Position numbers and translations under genes: made by a program
Shown: one piece after another, positions 26,744-39,338 of the stretch
Layout: each line of letters begins with the position of its first letter
Numbering within the stretch: the stretch's first letter is position 1
Notes under the pieces: generated by a model
What the model was told of the DNA's origin: nothing
Database searches by the model: none
Seen by the model: the letters and a program-made list of their open reading frames with translations, nothing else
Assembly (NCBI RefSeq): GCF_006345805.1
Contig: NC_042998.1
Span: 122,016,001-122,080,000 of the forward strand
Direction of reading: 5' to 3'
DNA length: 64,000 bases
Origin: Octopus sinensis
Lineage: Eukaryota

Positions 26744-27140
26744 GGTGCAGGAGTGGCTGTGTGGTAAGTAGCTTGCTTACCAACCACATGGTTCCGGGTT
26801 CAGTCCCATTGCGTGGCACCTTGGGCAAGTGTCTTCTACTATAGCCTCGGGCCGACCAAAGCCTTGTGAGTGGATTTGGTAGACGGAAACTGAAAGAAGC
26901 CTGTCGTATATATGTATATATATATATGTGTGTGTGTGTTTGTGTGTCTGTGTTTGTCCCCACCAACATCACTGACAACCGATGCTGGTGTGTTTACATC
27001 CCTGTAACTTAGCGGTTCGGCAAAATAGACCAATAGAATAAGTACTAAGCTTACAAAGAATAAGTCCTGGGGTTGATTTGCTCAACTAAAGGCGGTGCTC
27101 CAGCATGGCCGCAGTCAAATGACTGAAACAAGTATAAGAG
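26744..27140 (+). mobile_element. Full-length tRNA-derived SINE family A (reference copy)
   Basis: Head ggagtggctgtgtggtaagtagc..ggttccgggttcagtccc, then ggcaccttgggcaagtgtcttc, an internal microsatellite and tail ggcggtgctccagcatggccgcagtcaaatgactgaaacaag. Confidence 0.92.
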
Positions 27141-28059
27141 TAAAGAGTATATCAATATAAAGAGAGAGAGATATAAATACACATACACAGACACACACAC
27201 ATAAAGACATGCACATATAAGTATTACTATAAAAGTAACATTTACTATTCAAGTAATAATATTTGGCATTATAATTATAGAGAGAAAAATAAACTTCCAA
27301 ATTTCAGTAGTTTTGGTCTAAACAGAGTGGATCTTGAACTTAATAACTAAACCTGACAAAAACAATGACAGTCTTTTGATGGCTACATATGACCAATACT
27401 GAGCACTGGCACAAAATGCTCTTTTAAATTAGCTTAGACTTTCAAAATACAAGAATGAGTGGGACAGTAACTATGGAACTAAGATTATTGGACTATTATC
27501 AAGCCTAGAAGAACTGCTCTACTATGTTTCTGAGATAGACACCTAACACTATTTGCATGAGTTTGTATTTTAAAATTAAATGTTTAGTGGTAAGAAGAGA
27601 ATCCAGCTAAAGCATAAATTGAATATTTGGTTGTTACCAGTCCAACTGTCCTGATGTTAGTTACATGTTCTTTTGTATATTTTTCAAACATCTTACAATT
27701 TTCAGTTATTGACTAGCATTTGCTGGGCTTATAACAACATTTAAATAGATGTTTATCATCCAGCATGAAGTTCAAGTCATTAGTACTCTATTCAAGTCAA
27801 TTTTATACTATTCAAGTCACTAATATATCATTCAAGGTATTTTCTTATTCAGTTCTTCTCTACAGCTGTGAAATTTAGTCTGTGCTACATGAAGAAGACT
27901 ACTGTTTGAATGTATTTGACAACAAGGTATTTGAGAAGAATGCTACATGTGTGACTCACATAGAGAAAATGAGTATGAAATCTCCAAGCACAATATTTTA
28001 TGTACACATTGTTGTTAGTACTTATAAACCACAGTTTATTTATCTTTCTTTTGTTTCAC

Positions 28060-28310
28060 TCATTGAACTGTAGCCATGCAGGGGCACTGCCTTGAAGCAT
28101 TTACTGGAAGAAATTGAACCCAGTACTTATTTTTTACACACATCCACACACACACACCAGATTTCTTTCAGTTTCTGTCTACCAAATCCACTCATAAGGT
28201 TCTAGTTGGCCTGGGGCTACAGTATATTTGCCCAAGCTACCATGCAGTGGGACTGAACCTAAAATCACGTGTTTAGAATGTAAGCTTCTTAACCACATGC
28301 CAACACCTGC
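28060..28310 (-). mobile_element. Degraded SINE family A
   Basis: ttctttcagtttctgtctaccaaatccactc..gggactgaacc..ttcttaaccaca. Confidence 0.75.
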
Positions 28311-29439
28311 TGTGTCCTGCATAAAACTTCAACAATACTGTAGTTAATCTGAACTTGTATTTAGGCTGATGTTGCTACAATGGGGCAGTAGGCTGAAACT
28401 TCAACCCACACCCAACACAAAAAAAACCCCAAAAATACATAGGCCATCATTAAAGAAAATCTTGCAATGATTATGGAAACTTTTTTGATGGTGTTTAGGC
28501 TGGTCTCAAATTAGGAGTCATTCAGTAAGTAATATATGAAAAGAGATGAAAGCACATTGAGACATAGAAACTACTGAAGTGTAGGAGTTGGACAGGAGCA
28601 GACTCTTGGCTGTAATTGTAAGTATTGTGGAGTTCCTTTACCAGCTGTCATCTGAGCATTCACGTCAAACATACAACAAACATGTACAGGTTTATGTTTA
28701 CAATGTATTTACTTTCAAGCTGGCCCCATTCTGTATTGTTATAGTCAAACATAAACTAAATAAGGGAACAAACTCCATTCAAAGATTTGTCGACTTCTGC
28801 TAGTATAGATTCCTCTGCTATGTGTGTGCATATGTGTGCGTGCATGAATGAGAGTGTGCATGCATGCATGTGTGCATGTGTAGTTTTTATTTTGAAGCTG
28901 AAGCCTCACAAGTTACAATTATCCGCTTCATGTTTCCAAGACTGATTTAACTGAGAAATTAGTTGTAACTTGTGAAGTTTCACTCAAAATAATAAAAATA
29001 ATCCCCCACAAAAACTAAAAAAAAAACAAAAACAAAAACAAAAGTCCCCATAAACTTTTCATAGTGAATACTTTTTCATCTAGTTTGTAAACACAAATGT
29101 TTACCTAATTACATGAATAAGTCACTGTCAATAAAATTGTGTGTGTGTGTGTTTATGTATGTGCGTGTGTGTGCATGATGTGTTTGTGTACATGTGTACA
29201 GTTCACTTAAAAGATACTATACTGTATTTTGATATCTGAGAACTCCATACAGTTAATTGATTGTAAACAGTATGTAATCTTATAAGTAAAAATGTTTCTA
29301 CTATGTTCAGACTATATAATAACTAATACTGCTAAGTTAAAAAGAAAAATAATAAACAGTTTTGTATAGTAGGTAAGATACTCTGATATAATTTATTTAT
29401 TTTTCACTTATATTTTATTCCTATGTTGTTAGTTAACAG

Positions 29440-29533
29440 GCTTCCAATGGGCCAATCATTGGTTCACTGCGTATTTGATGGCAAGGGTGACAAGGGAGCA
29501 TCTGTGCAAGTGAAGCAGAACAAATGCCACAGG
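29440..29533 (+). CDS. Candidate exon (LPMGQSLVHCVFDGKGDKGASVQVKQNKCHR)
   Basis: GC-richer island after a T-rich tract ending ttaacag|, with donor AGG|gtattt and one open frame (ATG at 29447). No homology recognised; could be non-coding. Confidence 0.3.
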
Positions 29534-31024
29534 GTATTTTTGTTTCTAAAGCATTAGTTTATTGATTTTCTTGCACATGTTTACATCTCTTTCACTGATA
29601 TATGTTGGTGAAAGGTACACACATAACACACAGCACAACGACACACACAAAACACACATGTGTGCAAACTAACATGATTGTCTTCTACGCAGTTTCAGTT
29701 TACCAAACTCTGCCCACAAGATGTTGGGAAGACAGCCAACCTGAGGTTATGGCACATATCACTCGCTCAAGCCATGAAATGGGATCAAACCCAGAACCAT
29801 GTCATTGTGAAGAAAATTTCTTCACAATATATCTATGTATCTACTCGTGTTACTTGGGAAACTTCAGTGACTAGTTAATATTGTATTGCACATAATGTTG
29901 TATTGTATTTGCAAAAGAATTTGTTCTGGCTAGAAACAAGATGATATCTTCTATAGAAGAAGATATGACAAGAGGAAAAAAAAAATTATATACATATAAT
30001 GAATGTGTTTGAAGAAAAAAAAAACGTAAAAGATTAAAGAACTCACATTGCCACTAGCAGAAGCAGCATTTCCGGAATAAGACCTAAAACAACAGTGCAG
30101 AGACATGTTTTCCAGCCTCTGTCCTATATTATATGAAATATAATATATGTGTGTGTATGTGTGTGAGAGAGCATATGTGTGTGACTGTATATATGTATGC
30201 ATATTTATATATTATATATATTCATATATGTGTATATGCACACATATATATGCAAATACGCATGGACATATATATACACATACATATTTGCATATTTATA
30301 TGTATGTATATATCTATGCATATATGTGTGTGTGTGTATATATATACATATAGTTATATTTTTCTTACCAGACACACTCACACACATATATGCATATATA
30401 TATATATTTATATGCATATAATATATGCATGCATGTATTTATATATATGTGTCTGTATATGTGTACATATATATATATATACACACACATATACACACAA
30501 TATATACAAAGTGAAGTGGCCAAGTTGTTAGACTATCAAATAAATTGCCTTACAGAATTTGTTCCTGCTTTCTAAGTTCTAATGCCATTAAGGTGAAGTT
30601 TGCTATTAGTCCTTTGTCTGTCTGTCTGTCTATTTGGCTGTCATTTAGGGGAAAAAAATCAACTGGAGTCAGACCTAGATAGGAATGGGCTCTACTAAGT
30701 TGCCCAAGACACCCAGCATATCACAACAGTGTCCTACAACTCCAACAGGAGTTGACAACCCAAAACAAAGCACACACATGCATGCACATAATAGTATCTC
30801 TCCCACAACAAATCTATCCCTACTCCTGTCATCATACATTAACTTCGCAACATCTACATAAAGTGAACACTTTCTCTTATTCTTCTTCTCATGTAAGGTG
30901 ACTCTTTAGTCTTGTGAGCAATAAAGCAACCTCAACAGTGCACAGTTTTCCTGCATCCCCCGTGCTTTGGAGACCTTACTTTTGGGATTACCCTCGTATA
31001 TTTCCCATTGGTATTTCTGATTAG

Positions 31025-31170
31025 TCATCATCATCATCATTGTTCGACCGTGGTCGAGACAATGGAATTTACCATGCTACGCCAGACTTCACGGTCCATC
31101 ATAGCATTACAGAGGTGCTGTTGCTGGATGCCTGTATCCCTGGAGATTACATCAGGGTAGGAGAGTGTGC
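31025..31170 (-). mobile_element. 5'-truncated RTE-clade LINE end (second lineage), young
   Basis: Minus strand reads LSYPDVISRDTGIQQQHLCNAMMDREVWRSMVNSIVSTTVEQ* (RTE-type AMxDRxxWR ending), with a terminal tcgacc-ac-ggtcga stem-loop and (GAT)n tail. Confidence 0.82.
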
Positions 31171-31492
31171 AGAGTTTCTGCAGCTCCCAAGGTTTTGACT
31201 GGCACTTATCTTACCAACCTTCTCAGAAGGATAAAAGTCAAATGTGACCTTAGTGGGATATAAATCGAGTGTAAAGGAATATAACTAAATATTCAAGGCA
31301 TTGACTGATTCCACCATGCATGCTCACACACACACAGATGATGATGATGATGATGATGATGATGGTCATCATTATTATATCAAGTCTGCTTTCCATACTG
31401 GCATGGTTTACCCAAGTTCTTATTAGGAGATACTATCCTTCTAGACATGTCAGAGGATCATGCTTTGCATGCATATTTATTTACATTTATTC

Positions 31493-31897
31493 TGCAGGTG
31501 TGGCTATATGGTAAGAAGTTTACTTTCCAACCACATAGTTATGAGATCTGTCCCGTGGCATGGTACATTGGGCAAGTGTCGTCAATTATAGCCCTGGGCT
31601 GATCAAAGCTTTGTGAATGGATTTAGTAAACGGAAACTGAAAGAAACCTGTCATATATACATGTATGCATATATATCTTTGTATTTCTTTTGTTGTCCCC
31701 TACCACTGCTTGACAATTGGTGTTGATTTGTTTATGCCTATATAACTTAGCAGTTCAGCCCCCCAAAACTGATAGAATAAGTACCAGACTGAAAAATAAA
31801 AGTACTGTGATCGATTTTTTTTCAAAAAAATAACCCTTCAATGCAGTGTCCTAGCATGGCTGCAGTCCAATGACTGAAACAAGTAAGAGATAAAAGG
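31493..31897 (+). mobile_element. SINE family A
   Basis: Collinear with the reference copy. Confidence 0.82.
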
Positions 31898-32603
31898 CAT
31901 TATATGTATGTGTATATATATATATATATCAGTACATTATATATATAAATGTATATGTATATATATCAGTATACTATATACACATATATATCAGTATATT
32001 ATATATATATATATATATACATATACACACACACACACAAACATATATATATATATCAGTGTATTATATTACATTAACTAAACCTCTCCCAAAATATTTG
32101 ACTTAGTTATGGAAGAAGTCATTACCAGAAAAACACATTCATAAATATTTAAACAGAAGTGATTACAACAGAATATGTCTTTTTTTTAATGACTTCGATG
32201 ACTCAACTACAATGCAATTGTTTTAGCCACAACAGAAACTCAGATCAAATCAATTTGACAAACATATACAACTCACCATTACACACACACATGCGCACAC
32301 GCATATACACACATGTATGTTTTAAAAGTCAATCAGCATCATTAAACTATATGTATCATTATAAACATATATTGATTATTTTACAAGATGAATTATATTA
32401 CACGAGCTAGTTTTCTCACCGGCTCAATGCATCATAATAAAATTTGAAAAGAAAGCCCAATGTTTTTCATTTTCTATGCCATTGCCATTTGTATTTATTT
32501 GTTTGTTATAGACATATTAAACAGTAAATTCCAAATTTTTCTTCATACAGCATCAACAACAATAGCTGTAGTAAAATGTACTAAACTAAAAAATACAATA
32601 TAT

Positions 32604-32646
<43 letters not shown>

Positions 32647-33404
32647 GTATATGTATTTATATAATAAAAGAGAATCCAATGACATTATATTATGAATTTT
32701 TTTCTCTGTGACATTTATTCCAAGTCATGTAGCTGCCATTTCTGTCATATTTCTTCCAGATTATCTCATACAGAACAATTGAAAATGATATTACCAATCA
32801 CACAGGGGGAATTTTCTGATGAGATCTGCCATTGTAACAAAGCATTTGCATGATTTTTGGGCAAGTTTTTTCAAATTATTATTATTGTTATTATTAAATG
32901 TTATTTCAACTAGCATTATTATTATTTTCATATTATAATCCAGCAGTTGTGTTTTATATGCCTAAAAGAACACTATGCAGCAGATTTTAACATGAAACAA
33001 AAATGAAAAATAATAAAATAAGAATAAAAAGAAAAATTATTGAACATTTTTGGATTATACAACCTTGAGAACCTTGCTCAAAATTGTTATCTTTTATTAT
33101 TTTATTTTACTCCATTTGAATGACTAACATCATTCCATTTGTGGTTAGCAATTCAATGCTTCAGAATAATTAGTGATGAGGATGATGATGGTGAGGCAGA
33201 GGAGCAGGAGAAAGAAAAGAAAGTTCATACGATACACAATGATAATGACAATGATGATGATGATAGATTTTACATAATGATCCATATTATTAACAATCAC
33301 AATATTATCATCATCACTGCATTAGTGACAAATATTACATTATTTATAAAAAGTGCAACATAGTTGCTGCTACTGATGATGATGATGATGATGTTTGTTA
33401 AGAC

Positions 33405-33486
33405 CGCTTCATTACAGCTTGCACTGACGAGGCTGTCTCCAGCTCTATTTGATTTGTACATCAACGACCTGTGTGCGCTGTTGTAA
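33405..33486 (+). mobile_element. Possible LINE reverse-transcriptase relic
   Basis: Encodes LSPALFDLYINDL, matching the non-LTR RT motif QGxxLSPxLFxxYxxD. Flanks do not continue in frame. Confidence 0.45.
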
Positions 33487-34630
33487 CTTATAACCACACA
33501 GACTCTAAAAGCAGAAAATACCAACTTTTAAACTTTCTGCATACAAGTACCATACAAACACAATCTCACACCAGACATTTATTTCCATGAACAGAAACCT
33601 TAACAATACCTTTCAATGAAAACCTGACAAACCAGTCTCCTTCAACTGCATAAAGACACAATTGCTAAACAACGAAGGAAATGGTTTTACAGTTTTCACT
33701 ACATATACTCCTAACGAGAACAACACATACTTAAAGCCATCAAAGTCACTGTAATGCTAGCCTTAACAATTGTAAATGTTCTCTTCAGAGTTCCCCTAAT
33801 GTTTTAATCTCTATTAACTAGCGATTCTTTATAAAGCCAAAGTAAGATTCACATCAGGCATGGTTGCAGTTACTTTGCAATTATGGGTTTTGATTTTTGA
33901 TTTCCACTGTGCAGCACCTCAACTGAGTACTTTTTTTTCCACAGCCTTCAGCCAACAAAAAAAGCTTTGCACTCAAAATTTTTTAGACAGAAACTACATG
34001 GAAGCCCTTTGGAGGGATAGTCTCTGTTCTTCGGTAGTAAAATTAACCCATCACTTTAGATGCCATTAGCAGAGTCCATTGTATTACAAGCATTCATTCT
34101 AAGTCTGCAAACTGAGGATAATACCCTCCCTTTCTTTCACCAGTCTTGGAGGTCCTGAAAAAGGTTCATGGGAGTTGGAACTTCTCTGACTAGGCCATTA
34201 TAGCTAAAAATATAAAAGAGAATTATTACATAATTGTGCTGCTGCTGTTGCAATAGACACAAAACTGAAAAAAGCCTTTCCTTTGCAACACAAAAATTCA
34301 CTAACCAACATGTTACAAGCACAGGCTTACATGAACTATTTCTTCTTTCTGCCTGTGTTCCTCTGAATGAGTAAGCTGCATATAACCTCTCTCAAAGCCA
34401 ACCCAACACTCCCACAGGTCCTTCCTAAATACCTTTTTCCAATTTTCCTCAGAGGCACAACCTACTAGAATTCCCTCCAGCCCATATCTTTTCTTCAGGC
34501 ATAGTTAGTTGTACATTTGTACAAACTAAATATCAACTGCATTGACCCCATCACTGTTGAATGATGACCCAGAATGGTCATACTTGCCATCTACGATAAT
34601 GATGATAGCATTGACATAATATGACTATTA

Positions 34631-34742
34631 CTGGGTTCAGATCCACTGTGTAGAACCTTGGGCAAGTGTCTTCTACTATAGCTTTGGGTCAACCAAAGCC
34701 TTGTGTGTGAATTTGGCAAATGGAAACTGGAAAAAGCCCATC

Positions 34743-34800
<58 letters not shown>

Positions 34801-35250
34801 GTATGTATATTTTTTCAATGTGTATAAATAACAAGGAAAAAATAAATAGTTACCAGGGTAGCAAAAATCCACATAAGTGCCAAGGCTATTACACCCTACT
34901 TATAAAGGTAGAAATTCCAGGGTTAAGTGAAACGTTTTTGTATAACATGGATAAATTAAGTAATGGAGTTAAATGTGCAGGAGTTGTTCAAATCACACAC
35001 ATACACACACATATATGTATGTATGCATATATATTTATGTTTGTGTGTGTGTAAGCATCTTTGTTTGACCCCACCACCACTTGGCAACTGTTGTTGGTGT
35101 GTTTATGTCTGTGTAACTTAGCGGTTCAGTAAAAGAAATTAATAGAATATGTACCAAGCTTAAAAAGAAAAAAAAATGCTTTGACTAAAAAATTCTTCAA
35201 GGCAGTGCCCCAGCTTGGTTGTGTCAAATAACTGAAACAATTACAAGATA
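34631..35250 (+). mobile_element. Family A SINE with ~200-bp foreign insert in its TA tract
   Basis: A-type 5' half at 34631-34745 and 3' half at 35050-35250, with unrelated sequence at ~34810-34995. Confidence 0.7.
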
Positions 35251-35377
35251 TATATATATATATATAATGGAGAAATTATACAAAATGTATAAGTGGATGA
35301 TGAGTAAAGCACCAGCACGGTTTCGATTACCGGTTATTCGTAGATTACAGAAACTTCATAGTGGTGGCTGAGGTAAC

Positions 35378-35595
35378 AGTATTGATAAAATAGTTGTCAA
35401 AAAAAAGATTTTATTTAGTACGGCACGTTTCAACCCATTCTGGGTCTCTTCGGGTATATAAATATATAAAAAAATTAAAAAGTTTCAGCAAGACTTTTAA
35501 TTTTTTTTTTATTTATATACCTGAAGAGACCCAGAATGGGTCAAAACATGTCTCATACTAAATAAATTTTTTTTTCCATCTATTTTATTAATACT
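35378..35595. ncRNA. Inverted pair of degenerate type I hammerhead-ribozyme motifs (Penelope-like element relic)
   Basis: Plus arm: CTGAAGA-GACCCA gaa TGGGTC-aAAA-CATG-TC at 35521-35552. Minus arm: CcGAAGA-GACCCA gaa TGGGTt-GAAA-CGTG-cC. Flanks can form AU-rich helix I. The arms are 35378-35483 and 35493-35595. Confidence 0.7.
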
Positions 35596-36097
35596 ATATA
35601 TATATACATATATATATCCATACAATTACAGAAAAATTTGATGATAATGATTGTATAAAAAGATGACGATGATGAGGAAGGGTGCATGAAAATATACATT
35701 AATGCTGAAGTTACTAAGCTAATAATGAATAATGAATGCTTATGTCAAGCAAAACTTTATTCTGTTTAGGGGAGAAAAAAAAAAGTAAAACGCCATCACA
35801 TACATTTTTTTTTTTATATATTTACATTTTCTTTTTATTACGCAGGTGACACTTGCGAGACAATGTCTTGTAAGCAATGTAAGCTGTAAATGCAGCAACT
35901 GTGAAGAATTTAATATGGGTCACCAGACACAGACACAGTTGCAGACACGACGCAGATGCAGACCATTTATTTTCTATTTCATGCCTTGTGTGTAGTATTA
36001 TATGTGTGAAGTATACGTAGCATTACTAACATTTACAAGATCTATATGTTTGAAAGGACAATAACTAGAATGAATACTGTCTGAGAAAGAAAGAAGA

Positions 36098-36129
<32 letters not shown>

Positions 36130-36142
36130 TAATAATAATAAC

Positions 36143-36188
<46 letters not shown>

Positions 36189-36190
36189 GT
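36098..36190. repeat. (AAT)n microsatellite
   Basis: About 30 AAT/AAC units. Confidence 0.95.
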
Positions 36191-36901
36191 AATAAATGTT
36201 TCTCAGAAAAAATACAAAACAAAAAAAACGAAAAAACAAACAAACACTAAAAAAGCATAAAAAAATGAAAAAAAAAACCAAAGAAATTTCCTGCCCCAGC
36301 CAGAACCTCCCTCAACAAAAATAAAAAAAAAATAAATAAAAACACAAAAAAACTAAACAAAGTATAAATCTTAAGTGTCTTCATAAGTTTTGCTCAAAAT
36401 CTCTATGAAGAGGTAATAATTTAATAATTTTCCTTTTAACTCGAGCTTTCAAAGAAATCATTGTCAATGGCAACAGAGTTCTCTACATTATTGTTTTGTT
36501 ATATTACTATATCATCAATGTTGTTGTGGTTGTTGTTGTTGTTATTATTATTATCATTATTATTATTATTACTACTACTACTGTTGTTGTTGTTATTAGT
36601 ATCATTGGTGTTATTATTACTTTTATATCCATTTCCAATATCCATTAGATTTTAACACCAGTGACACGTTGAAACTAAAGCTAAGCTTGTCAAGTGTTCT
36701 TTTCTTTCTTTCTTATTTTTTTCCATTTTCATTCCTCTTTGTTTTTACTTTATACTATATTTATTTTATTATTTATTTGTTTTTTATTTTCTTCATTTTA
36801 TTTCATTTCTTTTTCATCATAAAATTAGATATTCTTTCCTTTCAAATAGTGTTATGAATTTCTTACCTGCTAGGTAGGAACTATACATGAAGTTCACTTA
36901 C

Positions 36902-36932
36902 AAAATTATATGGGAAGATATCACACCATCCC
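36902..36932 (-). CDS. Candidate 31-nt exon (GWCDIFPYNF or DGVISSHII)
   Basis: Very strong acceptor (ttttttcttcttttattcaattttttttttttgcgtag|) and donor TTT|gtaagt, with a second strong donor CAG|gtaaga ending at 36867. Coding status unknown. Confidence 0.4.
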
Positions 36933-37114
36933 CTACGCAAAAAAAAAAATTGAATAAAAGAAGAAAAAAAGGAAAATTCTTTTTGTTCTTTACAGGAACA
37001 ATAACCCTTCCTTTTTTAAAATTCATTTATGATAGCAGTTGATCTCTCAACTACTCTAATGCTAAATTTGTGTGTGTGTGTATATGTATGTATTATTTTA
37101 TTTATATATATATA

Positions 37115-37155
<41 letters not shown>

Positions 37156-39143
37156 ATTATTATTATATATATATTATGTATTATATAGGTGTATGTAGTT
37201 TATCAATATATATTTTTATGTATTTTATAGATATATTCATATGTATTTTATTTATTTATATATATTTATATACATTACACACACACACATATACATATTT
37301 ACATGCATATACATGTATATATGTTAACATAAATCTATGTATGCATGTGAATATATATATATATATGCATATATATATATGCATATACTCACACACATAT
37401 TTTATGTGTATACATACACATATGTGCATATGTATACATTACACATGCATACATTACATATATAAATATGTGTGTGTGTGTGTGCAAATGTATAGCTTGA
37501 GTTGTTCATAAGGGAGTTCACAAACTGAATATAGTACTTGTTTCAAGTAGCAGCATTGAACATATATATTACTTATACATTAGTTTACAGGGTTACAAAT
37601 TTGTTTCAATCATGTTGATTTCAGAAATAAATCTCCTTAGTTCTGAAGAGAACAATACATACATACATACACACATATATAAAGGATACATCAACACAAT
37701 TAAAATGAAGGGAGCCTTGTAAACAGTATGAAACTCCATGTTGAAATGTATGCATATAAATATGCAATATTTCATACAATGATATAATAAAATAATATAA
37801 TATAATATACATAAAAATTTATTTCAAGGTATGGCTTTGTATCCATTCATCCTTCCTTCTTTTCTTTCATTCATTTGTTTATTTGTTCCTTCCTTCCTAC
37901 TTTTATTCATTTGTTTGTTCATTCCTTCCTTCTGTAATTCATGCACTACAAATGACTACGATATCTGGAACTATAAAAATCTGCAAGACCTTCTGAAAGT
38001 TTAAAGGATGATGAACAAAACAAGATGATTTCCTTTAAAGCCTACCTACCAACACACACATTGGCTTGTTTGTTCAGGGTCTATTTTTCCTTATTAGCAT
38101 GGATGATGATGCATTTGGAGAAGGATTTTTATGGCCAAGATGCTCTTCCTGTCACCAACCTTTACCTGTTTTTCAAGTAAGGAATCTTTTTATTCCACAC
38201 CTCTTCAAAAGTGCAAAGTGACTGCCAACAAGTGACTGTCAACAAAGACTGATAACATCATTTACTGCTTTGCTCAAGTGGAGCTGTGGAATGTAAACAT
38301 TTTTATATGCACACACACACACACACACACACACACGATGCATATATGTATATGATGAACTTCTTTCAGTTTCTGTCTACCAAATCCACTCACAAGGCAT
38401 TGCTAAGTCCAGCAGATAATACTTGACCATGTTGCAAGACTAAACCTGAAACTACATGGTTGTAGAGTGAATGTCTTAATCACAAAATTATGTCTGGAAA
38501 CAAGATGTTACTTGGAAACAGGTGAAACATGGTGACAGAAAGGGCATTTGGCTGTAGAAAAATTTACTTGAACATAAATTCTGTCTGGTCCATGTCAGCA
38601 TGGAAAAGTGGACATAAAAATTACGATAATATACTATGATATATATATATATATATATATATGTTGTCTATTTGTATCTGTGTCTGCATATCTATCTATC
38701 TCTAGGTAATTTATTTTCATATTTATCTATAAACATATTATATTACATGGGTATCTATATGTGCCCAACCATGTATTTAAATGCTGCCTTCAATAAAGAA
38801 ACACTTCACTGAAATGGCTTTGAGGAAGTAATAAGGAGACCTGCTGATACTCAACTTTGGAGGCATGCCTCCCTATAACAGAAACAGCTGTATGGCAATG
38901 AAAGCGATAATATAATTCTTGTTTTCTTGTCATTCATTTATTAATAAATATTTCACTTTGTACAGACCTGCTAATTTCATATAAGGGTCTGGGGTAGAGA
39001 ATAACAGACAGTTCACATCTTATCACTAAACATTAAATACTGTGAAGTATAAATATATTGAGTTCTAACAACTGGTTATTGATTGGCATGGCTATGGCTA
39101 AGTGGGATCATAATACATATAATATATATATGTGTGTATATAT

Positions 39144-39338
39144 AAGGCGAGTTGGCAGAGAATGCTTAGCAGTATTTTGTCTATCTTTATGTTCTCAGTT
39201 CAAATTCCGCTGAAGTCGACTTTGCCAATCATACTTTTAGGGGTTGATAAATTAAGTACCACTTGCATACTGGAGTCAATCTAATTGACTGGCCACCTCC
39301 TCAAAATTTCGGGCCTTGTGTCTAGAGTAGAAAAGAAT
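39144..39338 (+). mobile_element. SINE family B
   Basis: ggcgagttggcaga..gttcaaattccgctgaagtcgactttgcc..aaaatttcgggccttgtg..gtagaaaagaat. Confidence 0.85.

Noticed and set aside
26744-26820. tRNA genes
   Set aside because: tRNA-like A/B boxes are SINE heads; no full cloverleaf.
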